A stretch of DNA of 64,000 nucleotides from Eledone cirrhosa (taxonomy: Eukaryota): assembly GCA_964016885.1 (NCBI GenBank), contig OZ024743.1:29760001-29824000 (forward strand), written 5' to 3'. Shown piece by piece: positions 28,476 through 42,361 of the stretch. Below the pieces are notes generated by a model. That model was not told the origin of the DNA, searched no databases, and saw nothing but the letters and a program-made list of their open reading frames with translations. The first letter of the stretch is position 1. Every line of letters starts with the position of its first letter. Position numbers and translations under genes: made by a program.

Positions 28476-30046
28476 TGTAGGGGTCGGAGAAATTGGTTGA
28501 GAGTGGTTTGAAGAATACAGGTAGCTTCATCTAAATGTTGTGATAGGTGTCCAACAAGTGCTTTTAATATGTTGCTTACTCTCAAAGTGACAACTTAGGC
28601 ATTATGTTGATATTGTCAAGTTTGGAATTATTTATTGCTACAGAGAGCTATCATACTCCACTGCACCAAACCTAAAAAAAAAATTAACTTAAAGCGATTA
28701 GTAACAACAATACAAAACAAAATATTTTAGAAACAGATGGGCATAACGTAATATCAACTTCCCAACCACCAAATGAGAGACGGATATTACACAACCCACC
28801 TTAACTGTTATCCCAACTTATCCATGGTACAGCTGTTACACATAACAAAAACTGCAATTGCCACCTACCCGAGAGATGCCCATTGAAGAATAAATGCCTA
28901 GAGTCCAATATTGTTTATCAATGCACTGTCGAATCAAACGACCAGAAATGGTATTACATCGGGTCTACCACTACCGCCTTAAATCACGCTGGTATCGTCA
29001 TCGATTTTCGAAATCCGTTATGTAACCACACTCCTGAACCACGTTATGTAACCACACTCGCTAATAAGACCTGGCAACTCCGTAAATACAATCGGCAGTT
29101 CCTCTTGAAATGGGATAAATTATCCAGCGCTAGTGCATATCGGAGTGGATTGAAGTACTACAGATTATGCAACCTTGAACTCTTTTATATCTTGAAATCT
29201 ATAAAACAACTTACTAAATTACAGAATCGAACGATCGTTATACTGCAACCACAAACTGAAGGCTAAATTTTCTCACTATAAAAGTAACTTAACATTATAT
29301 GAACCCGAGACTACTACACCACTTTCTCGCTAACTAATCTCACTCAATATCTACTTCCTAACTATACCCCCCCCCCCCCCACACGCACTACAAGCCAGTA
29401 TCTTGCTTATCGTATTAAATGGATACTTAAGTACGATCAGCAAACTACAGCTACCAACTTGGTGTATATCGCATTTCCTTCCCCTTCTACTACTAGCTTG
29501 TTGATGCCCTCTCCCTCTTACTTTCTCTTTCTCCCTCTTTCTTTCTCTCTCTCTCTCGCCCTCTGTCTATCTCCCTCCTTCTCCTCATCTATTAACCTGC
29601 TCTCTGTAGCAATAAATAATTCCAAACTTGACAATATCAACACAATGCCTAAGTTGTCACTATCAGAGTAAGCAGTATAATAAAGCCACTTGTTGGACAC
29701 CTATCACAACATTTAGATTAATCTATCTGTATTCTTCAAACCACTCTCTCCAATTTTTCCGACCCCTACATATCTCACTCCCCCCCTCTCTCTCTCTCTC
29801 TCTCTCCCTTTTCTACTCTATCTTCCCCAATAACTCCCTTTAAGAAATACAAGGGAATTTCAATCTAGCCATTGGCTCTGAAGAATTGGTAGGATGAACA
29901 GCCTTTGAAAATTGAGTATCTGCAAATAAATAACTACCAATTTGCATATAGCATGACTAGGGTGTGTAACTACAAAAGAAACATTTTTAAACACTACTCC
30001 GGAATAAATTACCTATTTATGATGTCTAACTGTTTAATTCATTATT

Positions 30047-30048
<2 letters not shown>
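28142..30048 (+). mobile_element. 5'-truncated Penelope-like element of Hydra type with inverted pLTR
   Basis: CNCHLPERCPLKNKCLESNIVYQCTV...YYIGST...RLCNLE (CxC-x5-C-x5-C before a GIY-YIG-like domain) at about 28850-29266. 28142-28648 is an inverted copy of 29599-30048. Confidence 0.8.
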
Positions 30049-30101
<53 letters not shown>

Positions 30102-30104
30102 GGG

Positions 30105-30155
<51 letters not shown>

Positions 30156-30301
30156 AACACATGCATCACATAAATGATATTAAAGACACAGCTGCATACG
30201 AGGATATGTTTTCAACGGTTTGGAACACTAATGTTCCTAAATTCATTATACGTTTGAAAAATAAAAAAAATAAAAATAATAATAATAATAATAATAATAA
30301 T

Positions 30302-33300
30302 GTTTTCTTTATTAACCACAAGGGTTTACATAAAGTAGACATTAAGGACAGTACAGGACAATACAGGACGGTACAAATGGTCATTTCTGCGTGTAAAAAA
30401 AACAGAGGTTGAAATAAAATAACAAAGAAAAATTCCCCAATAGGGGGGGAGACTTCCGAGGGACATTTGTGGAGAAAGCCCATTAAAAGACCACAGTGGC
30501 CCTGACCACCAGGGCAAGTGCCCTCTCCCAGTTTTCCACCTTTAATTTACAGACACATACTCAGAGAAGGCCCATTCATTCGGGCCATACTTGCTTCTCT
30601 CACCCATCTTTCAACAAAATGCTGGGAAGAGAGCACTTCCCTCTCTACCCTGATTTTCCTTTTCAAATGAAATTTGAAAAAGTTAATTAGGGCATCACCG
30701 AAGAGGTAAGTGCTCGTCTTCAGCCCTTTCAAACGTGTCCACCATACTATCTCTTTCGCCATGGCCACCAGACAGATAAAAACTGCCTGCCCTACCCGGC
30801 TAAAGGAAGGGGGCGGGGCAATCCTCACGATGGACTCAGCTGATAGCTGGATCCGTCCTACACGTGAGAGCAGGTTTTCGACATAAACCCACAGGTCAGC
30901 AATGCTCGGACACTGGACGAGTGCGTGCAAGACGGTTTCGTCGCCCTGCGCGCATCTCGGACATGCCCGGCTGATGGCACCTCCATGCCTGTAGAGTTTA
31001 TCCCGAACTGGCAAAGCTCCTCGGTAGCACTGCCAGGCCAGGGATTTCTGGAAGTTGTCCATAGGCCCCGGCCCGAAAGTCCTTCCGAAGAGATTGGCTA
31101 GTTGATTTTCGTCGACGCCTAGAGTTTCTCCAAGTACGTCGTCGCTCTTCCCCTCCACTAATCCCCTATAGAACGCCAAGGTGGAGTTTCCACCGATCAC
31201 ATTGCCCGATTGGTCGAGGGCTGTGAGCGCCTGAAGACATTCCAGTCTCCAAGCGCTCCCTCTCGGTCTTCGCTTGACCCAGAACTGCAGCTCCGTCAAG
31301 GAGACGAGCTGGGAAAAACGTGTCTAGCAAACGGCGACCACACCTGATCACCGTCGAGGAAGAGGTGGAGATTTCGTAGCCTGAGCGCGTGTCTGCGCAT
31401 CATCAGCCACGGCATGCCCAGCCCTCCACGTAGCGGGTGTTGACAGCAGATGGACCGCCTGACCATCGGAGCGCGTCCTTTCCACAAGAAGCGAAAGAGC
31501 AGACGCTCCAGCGCAGTCAGGCGGGGCTTAGGACAAGGTACGACGGTCAGGCGGTAGTAGATGACGGATGCGATGTACGCATTCGCCACCTCCGCTCGAC
31601 CTTTCAGGGATAGCTTCCTCTCGGCCCATTTTTGGGTGAGAGAAGCCACCCTGCTCGTCACCTCGTCCCAGTTTTTGTCCGTCTGGAGGTCTGGACCGAA
31701 CCAGACCCCTAGCAATTTAGCCGGACCGTCCGTCCAGCGCACGACGACGCTGTTGGACGGCATGGACCTGCCTTTCCAGGTGCCGAGCTGCAGGCCCACT
31801 AACTTTTCCTGGTTGATCATTGCTCCTGTCACCGCTTCGTATTCTCTTAGTGTAGTGCCGATCGCCTCGATGTGTTTGGCGTTCGACACCACTACGGTGA
31901 CAACGTCGGCATATGCTGACACGGATCTTCCGCATCCTAGTTCGCGCGGGACCCCCCTCAACGTCTCCAGTTTGTGCAGTAATGGCTCGAGTGTCAATAC
32001 GTTCAATAGGGACGAGAGGGGACATCCTTGGCGGACCGAGCGCATGATGTTGAACGGTTCCGAAAGGTGACCGTTCACTCTCACTACAGAGCAGATGTCG
32101 CTGTGCATGGCAGCGATCCAGTCTCTGAAGACGGGCCCAAAGCCAGCCGCCCTCAGGACTGCCGCTAGGTAACGATGGTCGACCCTATCGAAGGCTTTCG
32201 ACTGATCTAAATTGATCAAAGACCCATCCGTGCCAGGTTCCCTAGCTACCCTCTCTACGATGTATCGCATGAGGTGGAGGTTGTCGTGGATGGATCTGTC
32301 GGGAAGGGCGCATGTCTGTGCCTCTCCCACCAGACCACCAACGACAAGCGCCAACCTCTTTGCTAGCACCTTGGCCAAAATCTTGAACTCTGTGTTTAGA
32401 AGAGTTATGGGCCTAAAATTATCTATGTTATCCCCCTTGTTCGGATCCTTTCTCAGCAGCGCCACCGCTCCTCGGCTCACAGAGCTGGGAATTCTCCCGT
32501 TCTGCTGCCAGTTGCAGTAGACGTCCGCCAAGAGGCCTCCGAACAAGTTTGGCATTTGTACTAAAGTTCATAGGGCAGACCATCCAAACCAGGCGATTTA
32601 CCCCTTGTACAACTAGTCATTGCATCCCGTACTTCAGCGGTTGTTATCGGCTTTTCGCAACACTCCGCCTCAGTGGCCGAAAGCCGCGGCAGTCCGTCGA
32701 GGTAGACACTAAAGTCCATCCCTCGATCCGGCCCGCCACTGCCCCCGAACAGTTGAGCGAAGTGTCGCTGAAAAGCTTCACACTTGCCCGGGATCGAGTA
32801 GCATGCGCCCGTCGTGGTCCACCAAAGACCGGATCGTGGCTTGGTTGCCACGACGCGCCTCCGCCACTCGGGCCCATTGAACGGCTTTCGTCCCCTCGTG
32901 TCTGAGAGCACGCACCCTAGCTCTGACAACGCAGCCTTCGTGCTTTGCATTGAAGAATTGGTCAAGGGCCAATTTCGCCGCAAGTACGTCGGTCGCGATG
33001 CCTTTGCTAAGCGCCTCATCTAATTTTCTAACTAATTCTCCCTCTGCTCTATTTTTCTCTATTGCTAAAGTCTTACTAAACATAATGGACTCTATTCTAA
33101 TTGCTCTTTTCAGAGCAAACCACCACTTGTTGTTGACGATGGCCCCCGTCAACGCCCGCTTAACTAGTTCGCTAATCCGGTCTCTGTAGGCCTTGCGCGC
33201 TGGTAAGGACGCGTTTAGCTTCCAGTAGCCGGGTCCTTGTCTATGAAGCCTATCTAAGTCAAGCACACAGATCACGAATTTGTGGTCCGTGTAGCTGACT

Positions 33301-36184
33301 ATCTTGAATTGTGGACAGCCTATGCTAGACCTATCTATTTCCCTACAAAATGCTCTATCTAGATATGATCTGGATGACCCTATGCGATTTGTCCAAGTCC
33401 ACATTGGTACATTCGGGAAATCCATTCGTTACCTGTCAGACAGTTCAAAACGTCTGAGCAGGTTGGTGAGACACTTACACCCTCCTTCCCTATCCCCTAA
33501 TCCCACACAATCCCAGCGTGCATCTAAGATCCCGTTCCAGTCGCCCACTAACACTAAAGAGCGGGACGTTCCAAGAAAGGTCTCCAGACGCCGGAAAAAA
33601 TCAGGCCGCCCTGCTCCTGTCGGGGCATAGACGGCCACTAACCTGAAAGCTTGCCCGTCTCCGCTGGTCACGTCCAGCACCACCAACTTACCCTCTGGGT
33701 CCAGGAAGATGGCCCGTATGGCAAGATCCAAACCTCTCCGAAAAAGCACAGCAACTCCTCCCCCCGATCCCGGACGGCTGGGAGATGCGTACACATCGTA
33801 GCCGCCGAAGATCGGTGCGAAAGCCTGTGCTTCGGAGATTCTGGTCTCGCTGATGGCCACTACATCTATGTTTTAGTGACCTGAGGTCGTTGAGCAGGTG
33901 GCCCTGCTTCCATGACGACCCCAAGCCACGCGCATTTATGCTGCCTATTCTGAGTGAGGTCATGTTGAAAAGGAGTGGAAAAGATGGGAAAGACCACTTA
34001 CCTTAATTCTCGTAGGGGAAGGACGGTTTTTCCATCCTTTTCACTGCTTGTGGCCTCCTCAGGAAGGATGTCCTTATAAATCCTCCTGGAGAGTGCTTGT
34101 CGGAAGTCTCCGATGTCTTTGGGGAATTTTTGTTTTAGTGTCATGTACGTTTTCTGTGTGATGCGAGTGATTTGTATGTGTGGAGGTGGTGTGAATTTTG
34201 GGGTTGTTGTGTAGTCTTTTTCTGTGATGCTGGTGTTGTGTTGGATGTAGTGTAATAATTGCTTGTTGTTCAAATTTAATGCTGTGTAGTGTGTATCGTT
34301 TTGGTTGTTTTGTTTTGTTTGCGTTTGTTGTGGGTTTGTTTCTGTTTCGCGTTTTGGTGACGTTTGTGGTGTAGGTGATGGTGGTGTTGGGGTTAATGAT
34401 GGTGATGTTGTTGGTGTTTGGGTTGATGGGGTTGGTGATGCTGGTGTGGATGGTGGCATATCTGTCCTAACTTTTTTGTTTCTTAATTTATTTGTTTCCC
34501 TCTGTATTTTGTTTTTGGAGGGGGAAGGAATAGAATTTTATCTTTTTTGGTTTCTTTTTTTTTTCCGGATATCGTTTCCCACTCCTCGTCGTCACAATCT
34601 GTCTCCAGTTGTGATAGGCCGGGGAGTGGAAAATCCTCCACAGCCTTTAGTTTTGGTTGTGGTATGGTGGATGGTGTAGGCGCTGGTGCTAGTTCTGAAG
34701 CGTTGGGTGGTGGTGGTGTTGGTTTCGCTGGTGGTGGTGTTGGTTTTGCTACTGTTGCTGGGGTTGTTGCTGTTATAGTTGCTTCTGTTGTTGCTGCTAC
34801 AGCTGTTGCTGCCATCTCTGCTACTGGTGGTGTTGATGGTTGTGTCACTGGGGTGGGTAGGAGAGGTGGCCTCAACCTTTTAGCCTGAGGGCAGAAAGCC
34901 CTTAGGTGGGTTCCTTCACCACAAACGACACACCTAGGTCTTCTGCCCTCGACAATTACCGTGAGGTGGCTGCCGTCAGTGAGGTCTATTACCTCTGGGA
35001 TCTCCTCAATGCTTTTTTGGTCCGCTTGGATCAGGAGCTCCATCGCAGATCCGGACCAGTTTTCCTGTTTTTCTTTTGCTATTGCTATTATTTTCGTGTT
35101 GGCTTCGATGCCGACGAGGACGGCCGCTATTAGCCAGGGAATTTCGATGGCCGGTGGAACGTGGGTCACCCTGATCTTTACGAGTCTCTGGCCACAATAG
35201 CTTGGGACGAGTGTGAAGTCGTCACTTTTTAATGGGGCCATGGAGTGTTCTCTAGCCTCCTCTGGTGTTTCAAAGAACACGTCCACGGTTCCATACTTTT
35301 GCCCACGTCTGATGTCGGTTTTTCTTGCCCACACATGTCCCAAAGCTTTTTGGATTTGGGACTCGGATTCCCGTTCCACTCGGCGCGATTTTACATTTAT
35401 TGTTCTATACGACACGGTGCATAGGCGCCGATGCTCCATTTTATTAGGTGGGGGGTGAGGCTGACCCTGTACCCATCTTTCTTTACCATTTGTTTGGCAT
35501 TTTCTAAATCTTCCTGAGTTACCGTAAATTTTTCGAATTGTTTTGCTACTCTGGCGAAACTGAGGGGGGGGGGGGTTATAATGTCATTGTTGTTGTTGTT
35601 GCTATCGTTAATATTAACTTTAGTTTCAGTTGTGGTGGTGGTGACGTCAGTCGTCTTTGGTGGGGAAGAGTCCATTTTGCTTGATTTCATTTCGACATCA
35701 CGAGTTAATTTATTTTTTTCTTCTTTTGTTTCTGTTGTCGCGGTGGTGGTGGGTGTGGTGGTTGTCGCGGTGGTGGTGGAGGCTTTAACACCTGCAGTCA
35801 TTGGTAATGGCGGGAAATGAATGTCTGCCTGAGACAAATTTAAAATATTGCTACTGCTTATATTTTTTTTTGTGTTGGCAAACGTAGTAACATTTACAAT
35901 GGTGGTGTCGGTGTGAGGTGTTATTTTGTGAGGAAGGCTTTCAGCTGCTTCGTGCAGAGGTGAAGTAGCCATCTTTTTTTTAAAGAAATTTTTGGATAAT
36001 AATAAAAGTTAAAATTTTGGGCACAAGGCCCCAATCTTTTTGGGTGTCCTTTTCGGAAAACAATGTATGTGTGCTTATAAACAGTTAACAATAAAATTTT
36101 CCATAAATGGCAATTTTTAACAAACGGAAATAACAAACCTTTGCGGAGCTCACGATGATACGATTTACTACGTAGGTCGCCAAA
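30302..36184 (-). mobile_element. Full-length Tx1/L1-clade LINE (family T1), copy 1
   Basis: ORF1 (35972-33998, broken) has a CCHC knuckle CVVCGEGTHLRAFC. ORF2 (33963-30547, broken) has APE (SINARGL, ISET, GDWN, SYLDR, YTDH), RT (FRPITLLN, DQSKAFDRV, RQGCPLS, YADV) and C-terminal CPRC...H...C. Ends AATAAAGAAA. (AAT)n at both ends. Confidence 0.95.
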
Positions 36185-36218
<34 letters not shown>

Positions 36219-36802
36219 GCCCGACTCACTATAAGGGCTGGAGACATGATGTGATGGGCAGGGTGATCCACTGGCACCTATGCAAAGTAAACAATTTATC
36301 ACATTCTGAGAAGTGGTATGAGCATAAGCCATAGGCGGTGATAGAAAACGATCAGGTGAAGGTGCTGTGGGATTTTAGGATACAGACGTACAAGAAACTG
36401 GAACACAATAGACCTGGCCTGGTGGTTGTGGACAAAGAAAAAAGATCGTGCCTGATTCTGGATGTGGCCTGCCCATTCGACACGAGAGTGCAAGAGAAGG
36501 AGAGGGAGAAAAATTAACCGATACCAGGACTTAAAGTGGGAGGTAAAAATCATTTAGAACTGCCATGAAGTCAAAGTGATCCCGATTGTCATAGGCGCAC
36601 TAGGGACTATCTCAAAAAGTTTCCCGGGATGGTTAAAAAAATTGGCCCCTTCACGCTTTTTGGAACGCTTCAAAGGGCATGCTTGCTGGGAACAGCAATA
36701 ACGCTCCGATACGTCCTGAATATGTGAGTCTGCAGGTAGTGGCTTGATATTCCTTTCAACAAACTTTCCAGTTAACTAACATCAATGACTGAGACTCAAA
36801 GA
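36219..36802 (+). mobile_element. R4/Dong-like RLE LINE family A, 3' fragment
   Basis: RHD...WDF...RP.LVV...DVACPFD restriction-like endonuclease region plus family A 3' UTR. Confidence 0.9.
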
Positions 36803-36804
36803 GT

Positions 36805-37296
36805 GCATCCAAACAGACCGAAAGATAGATGCAAACAGACCTGATATAATATTGAAAGACTTTCAAAAGAGGGTATGCCTGCTAATTGATATGTCTGTTC
36901 CAATAGACAAGAATGTATGTATAAAAACATTCGAAAAATTGTGCAAGTATAAGGACCTGGAGATAGAAATTGGAAAAATGTGGAAATTGAGAACTAAAAC
37001 AATACCAGTGGTTGTAGGCGCTCTGAGAATGATACCTAAGGGGTCTAATGATTAATTATCGCAAATCCCAGGAAACCCGCGTATAGGAGAAATACAAAAG
37101 ATAGTACTAATGGGAACTGCCCATATACTAAGGAAGATTCTGTCAATATAAGTACAGCACCAGTCTAAACACTAAAGATGCATGTGTGAATATGTATGTT
37201 CTTTCTTGAACATGGCGGACCTTGTTGTCTCTTGAGGTCACTGGTTGTGACTTGGTGATAACTCGTATGAACATAAAGCAAGATAAATGCAACTGT
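36805..37296 (+). mobile_element. R4/Dong-like RLE LINE family B, 3' fragment
   Basis: QTDRKIDANRPD...IDMSVP...KYKDL, with family B 3' UTR ending GCAACTGT(AAT)n. Confidence 0.9.
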
Positions 37297-37318
37297 AATA
37301 ATAATAATAATAATAATA

Positions 37319-38165
37319 GGATACAAGTATTTGGGCGTTCTGGAGGCTGATGACATCAAGAACAAAAAAATGAAGGAATTGACAAGACTGAATACCTTCG
37401 GAGAGTAAGGAGCGTATTGAAGTCACAGTAGGAATGCCATAAGTGCAGTAAATTCTCGAGCTGTGTCTATTATTAGGTACAGTGCGGGAATTCTGAGATG
37501 GAATGTTGCTGAACAAAAATAAATGGATAGAAAGACTAGGAAGCTATTGATTATCTACAATATTGTCCACAAGAGGGGTGATGTCGATAGACTCTACTTA
37601 ATGAGATCTGAGGGTGGAAGAGGTCTTATCAGCATAGAGGACTGTGTTCAGATGGAGAAAAACAACCTACACAAATACGTGACCTATAGTAAGGAGCCAA
37701 TGCTCAGAATTGTACTGAAGGAGGGGACAATAGGCCAGGGGATGTCCAAGGAGGAAATAACATCAAGGAGAAAGAGCAGCCTTCAGGAAAAATCCCTGCA
37801 TAGTACCTTCTTTGAGAAAACTGAATTTAGAGATCCACAGACATGGAACTGGTTGAAAAGAGGAGACCTTAAAAAGGCTACAGAAGGAACGTTAATTGCA
37901 GCGCAGGAGCAGGCCCTCAAAACGAAGTGGTTGAAACACCACATTTACAAGGAGGAGGCTAGCCCACTGTGCAGGATCTGTGGAGAGAGAGAGGAGACTG
38001 TGGCTCACATTGTATCCGAGTGTAAACGCCTAGCCCAGACTCACTATAAGGGCTGGAGACATGATGTGATGGGCAGGGTGATCCACTGGCACCTATGCAA
38101 AGTAAACAATTTACCACATTCGGAGAAGTGGTATGGGCATAAGCCAGAGGCGGTGATAGAAAACG
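37319..38165 (+). mobile_element. R4/Dong-like family A, internal fragment truncated at both ends
   Basis: YKYLG...EGGRGL...AAQEQAL...CRIC...H...C...RHD; similarity stops abruptly at 38165. Confidence 0.9.
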
Positions 38166-38893
38166 CACGTGGTGGATTATAGTGTTATGGAATCGCTCCC
38201 GTAAGTTTTTGATTTTTACATATTTAAAACAACTGTCATACAATAATTCTTATTACAAATGAAACAGAAGATTACAGTTTTGACTCTCAGCAAGCGACGA
38301 CACATCACATTATGATATAGGGCCCTAATATTTAATATTTAATTTTGGATCAGACATGTTTTAGGCAAAAAGAGGAAAATCGCTACGTGGACGGACAGGC
38401 AAACAATTTCACCACCATCACCACCACGCCACCATCACCACTACCACGCAAAAAAATCCAGCCAAGCCAACTGTTACTTCAACTTCTATTTCTACTTCAA
38501 CTTAAACACCATCACTACAGTACTACGACCACATCACCACCACCACCTCTGCCTCTTTATCGCTACCACCACTATTCTCTCCCACTATCTCCTGCTAAGA
38601 CAGAGGGATCGTATTATTGCCACTAAGTGAGAAAGGTAGCAAAAGATATAAATAGGTTGATGCGATGACCCGGTCAAAAAATAAAAAAATAAAAAATCAA
38701 AATCAAAACAGCACACCAGCAACGAAAAACGTAAAGAAAAAGAAAAAAGAAAAGAAAAACAAACAAACAAACGAAAAACTAAGTCAGACATTCAAACATT
38801 ACTTTACAGTGAAACTTAAACTTATGCTTATTTTTTAAAAAGTTTTTACCTATTTATTTCTTTATTTGTTTATTTATTTATGTTCGTTTACAG

Positions 38894-41800
38894 CTGATAG
38901 TGCCATGCTAAAATCAGCGGGGTGATCAAATCACTGGGGATGATTAAATCACCGGTGGTTATGTAACCATAGATTCACCAATCCTCGATATGAGTGTTTA
39001 AATGTCGAACCTAAACAGTTCGAATAACGGTGAAGTGGAGACTGGAATGTCATGTGACAGACTCTCACCCAACAGGTGCTCCCTGGCTCAGCAGCAGGGA
39101 CCTGGCTGTCAACCAAATATTGCTGGTGTTGGAGGAAGAAGAAGAAGGAACGGGACCAGAACCATCTGGACGAAAGAATTGAATAGAACTGTTATCCAAT
39201 GTTACCTGAAGAGTAACCTCAAGGAAAAAGGCTTTAGGAAACGGATGCATAGCATCTGGAACGAGATTGGTCTTTTTAAATTAGATGAACAAAAATTGGT
39301 CGGGCAGGCTCGGGTAATAAGAACTAATGGGTGGATAAGCGAGCTGGAATTGGAGGAACTCAGCAGAGAGATTAGATTGGAAATGGAGAGAAGAGTATGC
39401 CAGGCAAACGAGCCAGTGGGAAATGAAGGTGAAGAGGTTGAGAGAACGGAGGAAGCATCCGAAACAGATAATGATCTGAATGCTGAAATAAATGATACCT
39501 GGAACAAAGATACGGCAATTGAGGAAATGAATGCTGACGGGGTAGGACAAGATTTGGTTCATATCCTAAACTTAGTGGTAGATGAAATGAACAATGATAG
39601 TGGGAAACCTATGAACCTAAGGTGTGTAGACCGGAAAAAGTTAAAAGAAACAAAAGCTAAGGTAAACAAAGTCATCCCATACCTTAAGGCGAAGAACTTT
39701 CACCAGTGCAACAATATCCTCAAAGCAACAGCAAATGCGGTGAGGAAATTACTTGTCATAAAAGCGAAAGGAAACAACAAACAAGAAAGGCCAGAACCTT
39801 CGTAGAAGAAACGACTGAATGGTCAAATCAGGGAAATGAGAAATGATATTGGAAAACTTGAGTCCCTACTAAATGGGACACTACAAGACATAGACACTGA
39901 AATAGACTGGAAATACAGTACAAAACTAGGAGGAAAAAGCCAAATATTATCGTAGAGGAAATGAAGCAACGCATTGTAGCAAAGAGCGCAAAGATTAGGC
40001 GATACGAGAGCAGAGTCAGTCAGTATAGACAGAACCGCATGTTTGAAAACAACCAGAAGATGTTGTTTGGACAGTTTGAAGGGAAAGAAAGAGGCAACGA
40101 GGTGATCCCTGAGGCGGAACAAACTAAGACATTCTGGAGAGGAATATGGGAGCAGGATTTTGAACGTAATGATCAGGCAGTGTGGATTGAGACAGTACAA
40201 AAGGAGATTAGTTAACAGGCACACCAACAAACTGATTTGAGTTTCACAGTTGAAACTCTTAAGGGGCAGGCCAGAAAACTAACCAACTGGAAATCACCAG
40301 GCCCAGATGGTTTGCAGGGGTATTGGATTATAAATATAATATCCCTCCACCCGAAACTGACAACCATGTTCAATGACTGCTTCATGTCAGGTGAGGTACC
40401 AGAGTGGTTGACAAAAGGTACCACAGTTCTGGTAATGAAAGACCGAACCAAGGGTAATGATGGTACCAACTATAGACCTATCACATGCCTGACCGTAATG
40501 TGGAGACTGTTAACAAGCATTGTGTCTGAGGAAATCTACCATCACCTCCACATAAACAACCTGTTACCGGAAGAAACAGAAAGGATGCTGAAAGAAGTCC
40601 CGTGGTACAAAGGACCAGTTACTTATTGATAAGATGGTAATGAGGAATTGCAGGAGGAGACACACTGGTGTTGCCATGGGATGGATAGACTACAAAAAGG
40701 CATTCGACATGGTACCTCATTATTGGATAACCAAAAGCCTAGAGATCTTCAGGGAGGCAGATAATATCAGACAGTTATTGAGCAAAAGTATGAAGTCCTG
40801 GAAAACAGAGTTAACATCGGGCAGATAATCCTTGGGAGGCGTGAAGATCAAGAGAGGTATCTTCCAGGGAGATAGTCTGTCTCCTCTGTTGTTTGTCCTT
40901 GCCCTGATGCCCCTGACCATTATACTGCGAAAAGTGAGAGCAGGATACAAGTTTACAAGTTGGGAAAGGGAGAAATTACCATCAATCACCACCTCTTCAT
41001 GGACGATCTTAAGCTCTTCGGGAAGAGTGAGAAAGAGTTGGATGTGCTTGTTGACACTGTCCGTATTTTCAGCAAAGATATATGTATGCAATTTGGTATT
41101 AGTAAGTGTGGAGTCCTTGTGATGCAGAGGGGAAAATTGAGCAGAAGCAAATGAATGTAGGTATCAACAGGTGAGATGATAAAGGAAATTGATACTGAAG
41201 AGGGATGCAAATATATAGGTGTTCTGGAGGTTGATGACATCAAGAACAAAAAATGAAGGAATTGATAAGATCTGAATACATTCGGAGAGTAAGGAGCGTA
41301 TTAAAGTCACATCTGAACAGTAGGAATGCCATAAGTGCAGTACATTCCCCATCTGTCTCTATTATTAAGTACAGTGCGGGAATTCTGAGAGAGAATGTTG
41401 CTGAACACAAAGAAATGGATAGGAAGACTAGGAAGCTATTGACTATCTACAACATGTTCTACAAGAAGAGTGATGTCGATAGACTCTACTTAAGGAGATC
41501 TGAAGTTGGAAGAGGTCTTATCAGCATAGAAGACTGTGTTCAGAGGAGAAAATCAACCTACACAAATACGTCACTGATGGTAATGAGCCAATGCTCAGAA
41601 TTGTACTGAAGGAGATGACAATAGACCAGGGGATGTCCAAGGAGTAAATAACAACAAGGAGAAAGAGCAACCTTAATAAATAATCCCTTCGTAGTACGTT
41701 CTTTGAGAAAACTGAATTTAGAGATCCACAGACATGGAACTGGTTGAAAAGAGGAGACCTTAAAAAGGCTACAGAAGGAATGCTAATGGCTGCGCAAGAG

Positions 41801-42307
41801 CAGGCCCTCAAAACGAAGTGACTGAAACACAATATTTACAAGGAGGAAGCTAGCCCAATGCGTAGGATCTGTGGAGAGAGAGAGAGGAGACTGTGGCTTA
41901 CATTGTATCCGAGTGTGAACACCTAGCCCAGACTCACTATAAAAGCTGGAGGCATGATGTGATGGGCAGGGTGATCCACTGGCACCTATGCAAAGTAAAC
42001 AATTTACCACATTCTGAGAAGTGGTATGAGCATAAGCCAGAGTCGGTGATGGAAAACGATCAGGTGAAGGTCCTGTGGGATTTTAGGATAGAGACGGACA
42101 AGAAACTGGAACAAAATAGACCTGACCTGGTGGTTTTTGACAAAAGGAGAAAGATCGTGCCTGATTGTGCATGTAGCCTGCCCATTCGCCACGTGAACAG
42201 CAAGAACCCTCCGATACGTCCTGAATATCTGAGGCTGCAGGTAGTGGCTTGATATTCATTTCAACAAAATTTCCAGTTAAATAACATCAATGACTGAGAC
42301 TCAAAGA
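38894..42307 (+). mobile_element. R4/Dong-like family A, near full-length decayed copy
   Basis: Single broken ORF from 39002: N-terminal WTKELN...CY, then [48 protein letters not shown] and RLE. Deletion near 42195. Confidence 0.9.
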
Positions 42308-42318
42308 ACAATAATAAT

Positions 42319-42361
<43 letters not shown>

